DNA of 24,208 bases. It comes from a virus (Duplodnaviria; Caudoviricetes). Positions 23,903 through 24,208 of the stretch are shown here, piece by piece; positions within the stretch are counted from its first letter, which is position 1; every line of letters begins with the position of its first letter. Location of the stretch: IMG/VR virus record IMGVR_UViG_3300017706_001625, positions 1 to 24,208 of that record. One strand, written 5' to 3'. Below the pieces are notes generated by a model. The model was not told the origin of the DNA. It saw only the letters and a program-made list of their open reading frames with translations, and searched no databases. Both the position numbers and the translations under genes were made by a program.

Positions 23903-24208
23903 TGGCTATTCTATCAGCAGATATGGCGGGGTTCTTCGACCGACTCCCGCAAGGAGACTTTGGCCATCATACCTTTATTGCCCGCCTAACCATTCGTGCC
24001 GCAATGCACCAGGCAGACTTTGAAAAGGCACACGAATATTGTGTGGCCGTGGCATCCGAATTTACCCGCCGACCACTCCAGCCAAACGAGATCCGCAATG
24101 CTTTAACCGGTGCATATCAAATTCTGTCAGGTGAGAAGATTATCAGCCCGACTAAAAAAGTATCAATTGATACCACAATCTCAACAAGCTCAAAGGGTAA
24201 ACCCGAGG
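23902..24208 (+). CDS. 5' part of a gene truncated by the window end; possible primase-related protein with PriCT-like helical domain
   Basis: TAATG overlap; open to the window end: MAILSADMAGFFDRLPQGDFGHHTFIARL...RRPLQPNEIRNALTGAY; PL...EI......AY resembles PriCT-1. Confidence 0.5.
   Translation, partial: MAILSADMAGFFDRLPQGDFGHHTFIARLTIRAAMHQADFEKAHEYCVAVASEFTRRPLQPNEIRNALTGAYQILSGEKIISPTKKVSIDTTISTSSKGKPE

Noticed and set aside
1-24208. Stop-codon reassignment, diversity-generating retroelement, or apparent enrichment of CCGA/TCGG words
   Set aside because: Genes tile densely in the standard code; no reverse transcriptase or template/variable repeat pair seen; word enrichment is only an impression that I cannot quantify without counting

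Overview
The whole window reads as a fragment of a tailed dsDNA phage or prophage with podovirus-like gene order, almost entirely on the + strand. 1-15123 is a virion module: the end of a beta-helix/tailspike-like gene, a LamG-domain tail fibre, three small membrane or lipoprotein genes (lysis-like), an 825-aa tail/nozzle-like protein, a tail-collar protein, two ejection-type internal virion proteins and a 2315-aa polyvalent protein. 15125-16186 is a small divergent control region. 16175-24208 is a DNA metabolism operon: Xis-like HTH, RuvC-like resolvase, SSB, PD-(D/E)XK nuclease, RHH protein, C5 methyltransferase, family A polymerase, HNH protein, dNMP kinase, HTH protein and a truncated primase-related ORF. 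Three things stand out. (1) The 2315-aa protein carries a HExxH zincin motif followed by cargo modules (an RHH domain and three ADP-ribosyltransferase-like domains), each delimited by a recurring [FYL]MP-type motif, which suggests an injected, possibly self-processing polyprotein. (2) A structured leader RNA (16062-16186) has two mutually exclusive folds, one of which buries the first start codon of the replication operon. (3) The C5 methyltransferase has a nested +1-frame gene resembling the M.EcoHK31I beta polypeptide, plus six tandem TL-type recognition modules. All calls come from reading motifs and base pairing by eye. No searches or folding programs were run, and the host cannot be determined from this window.
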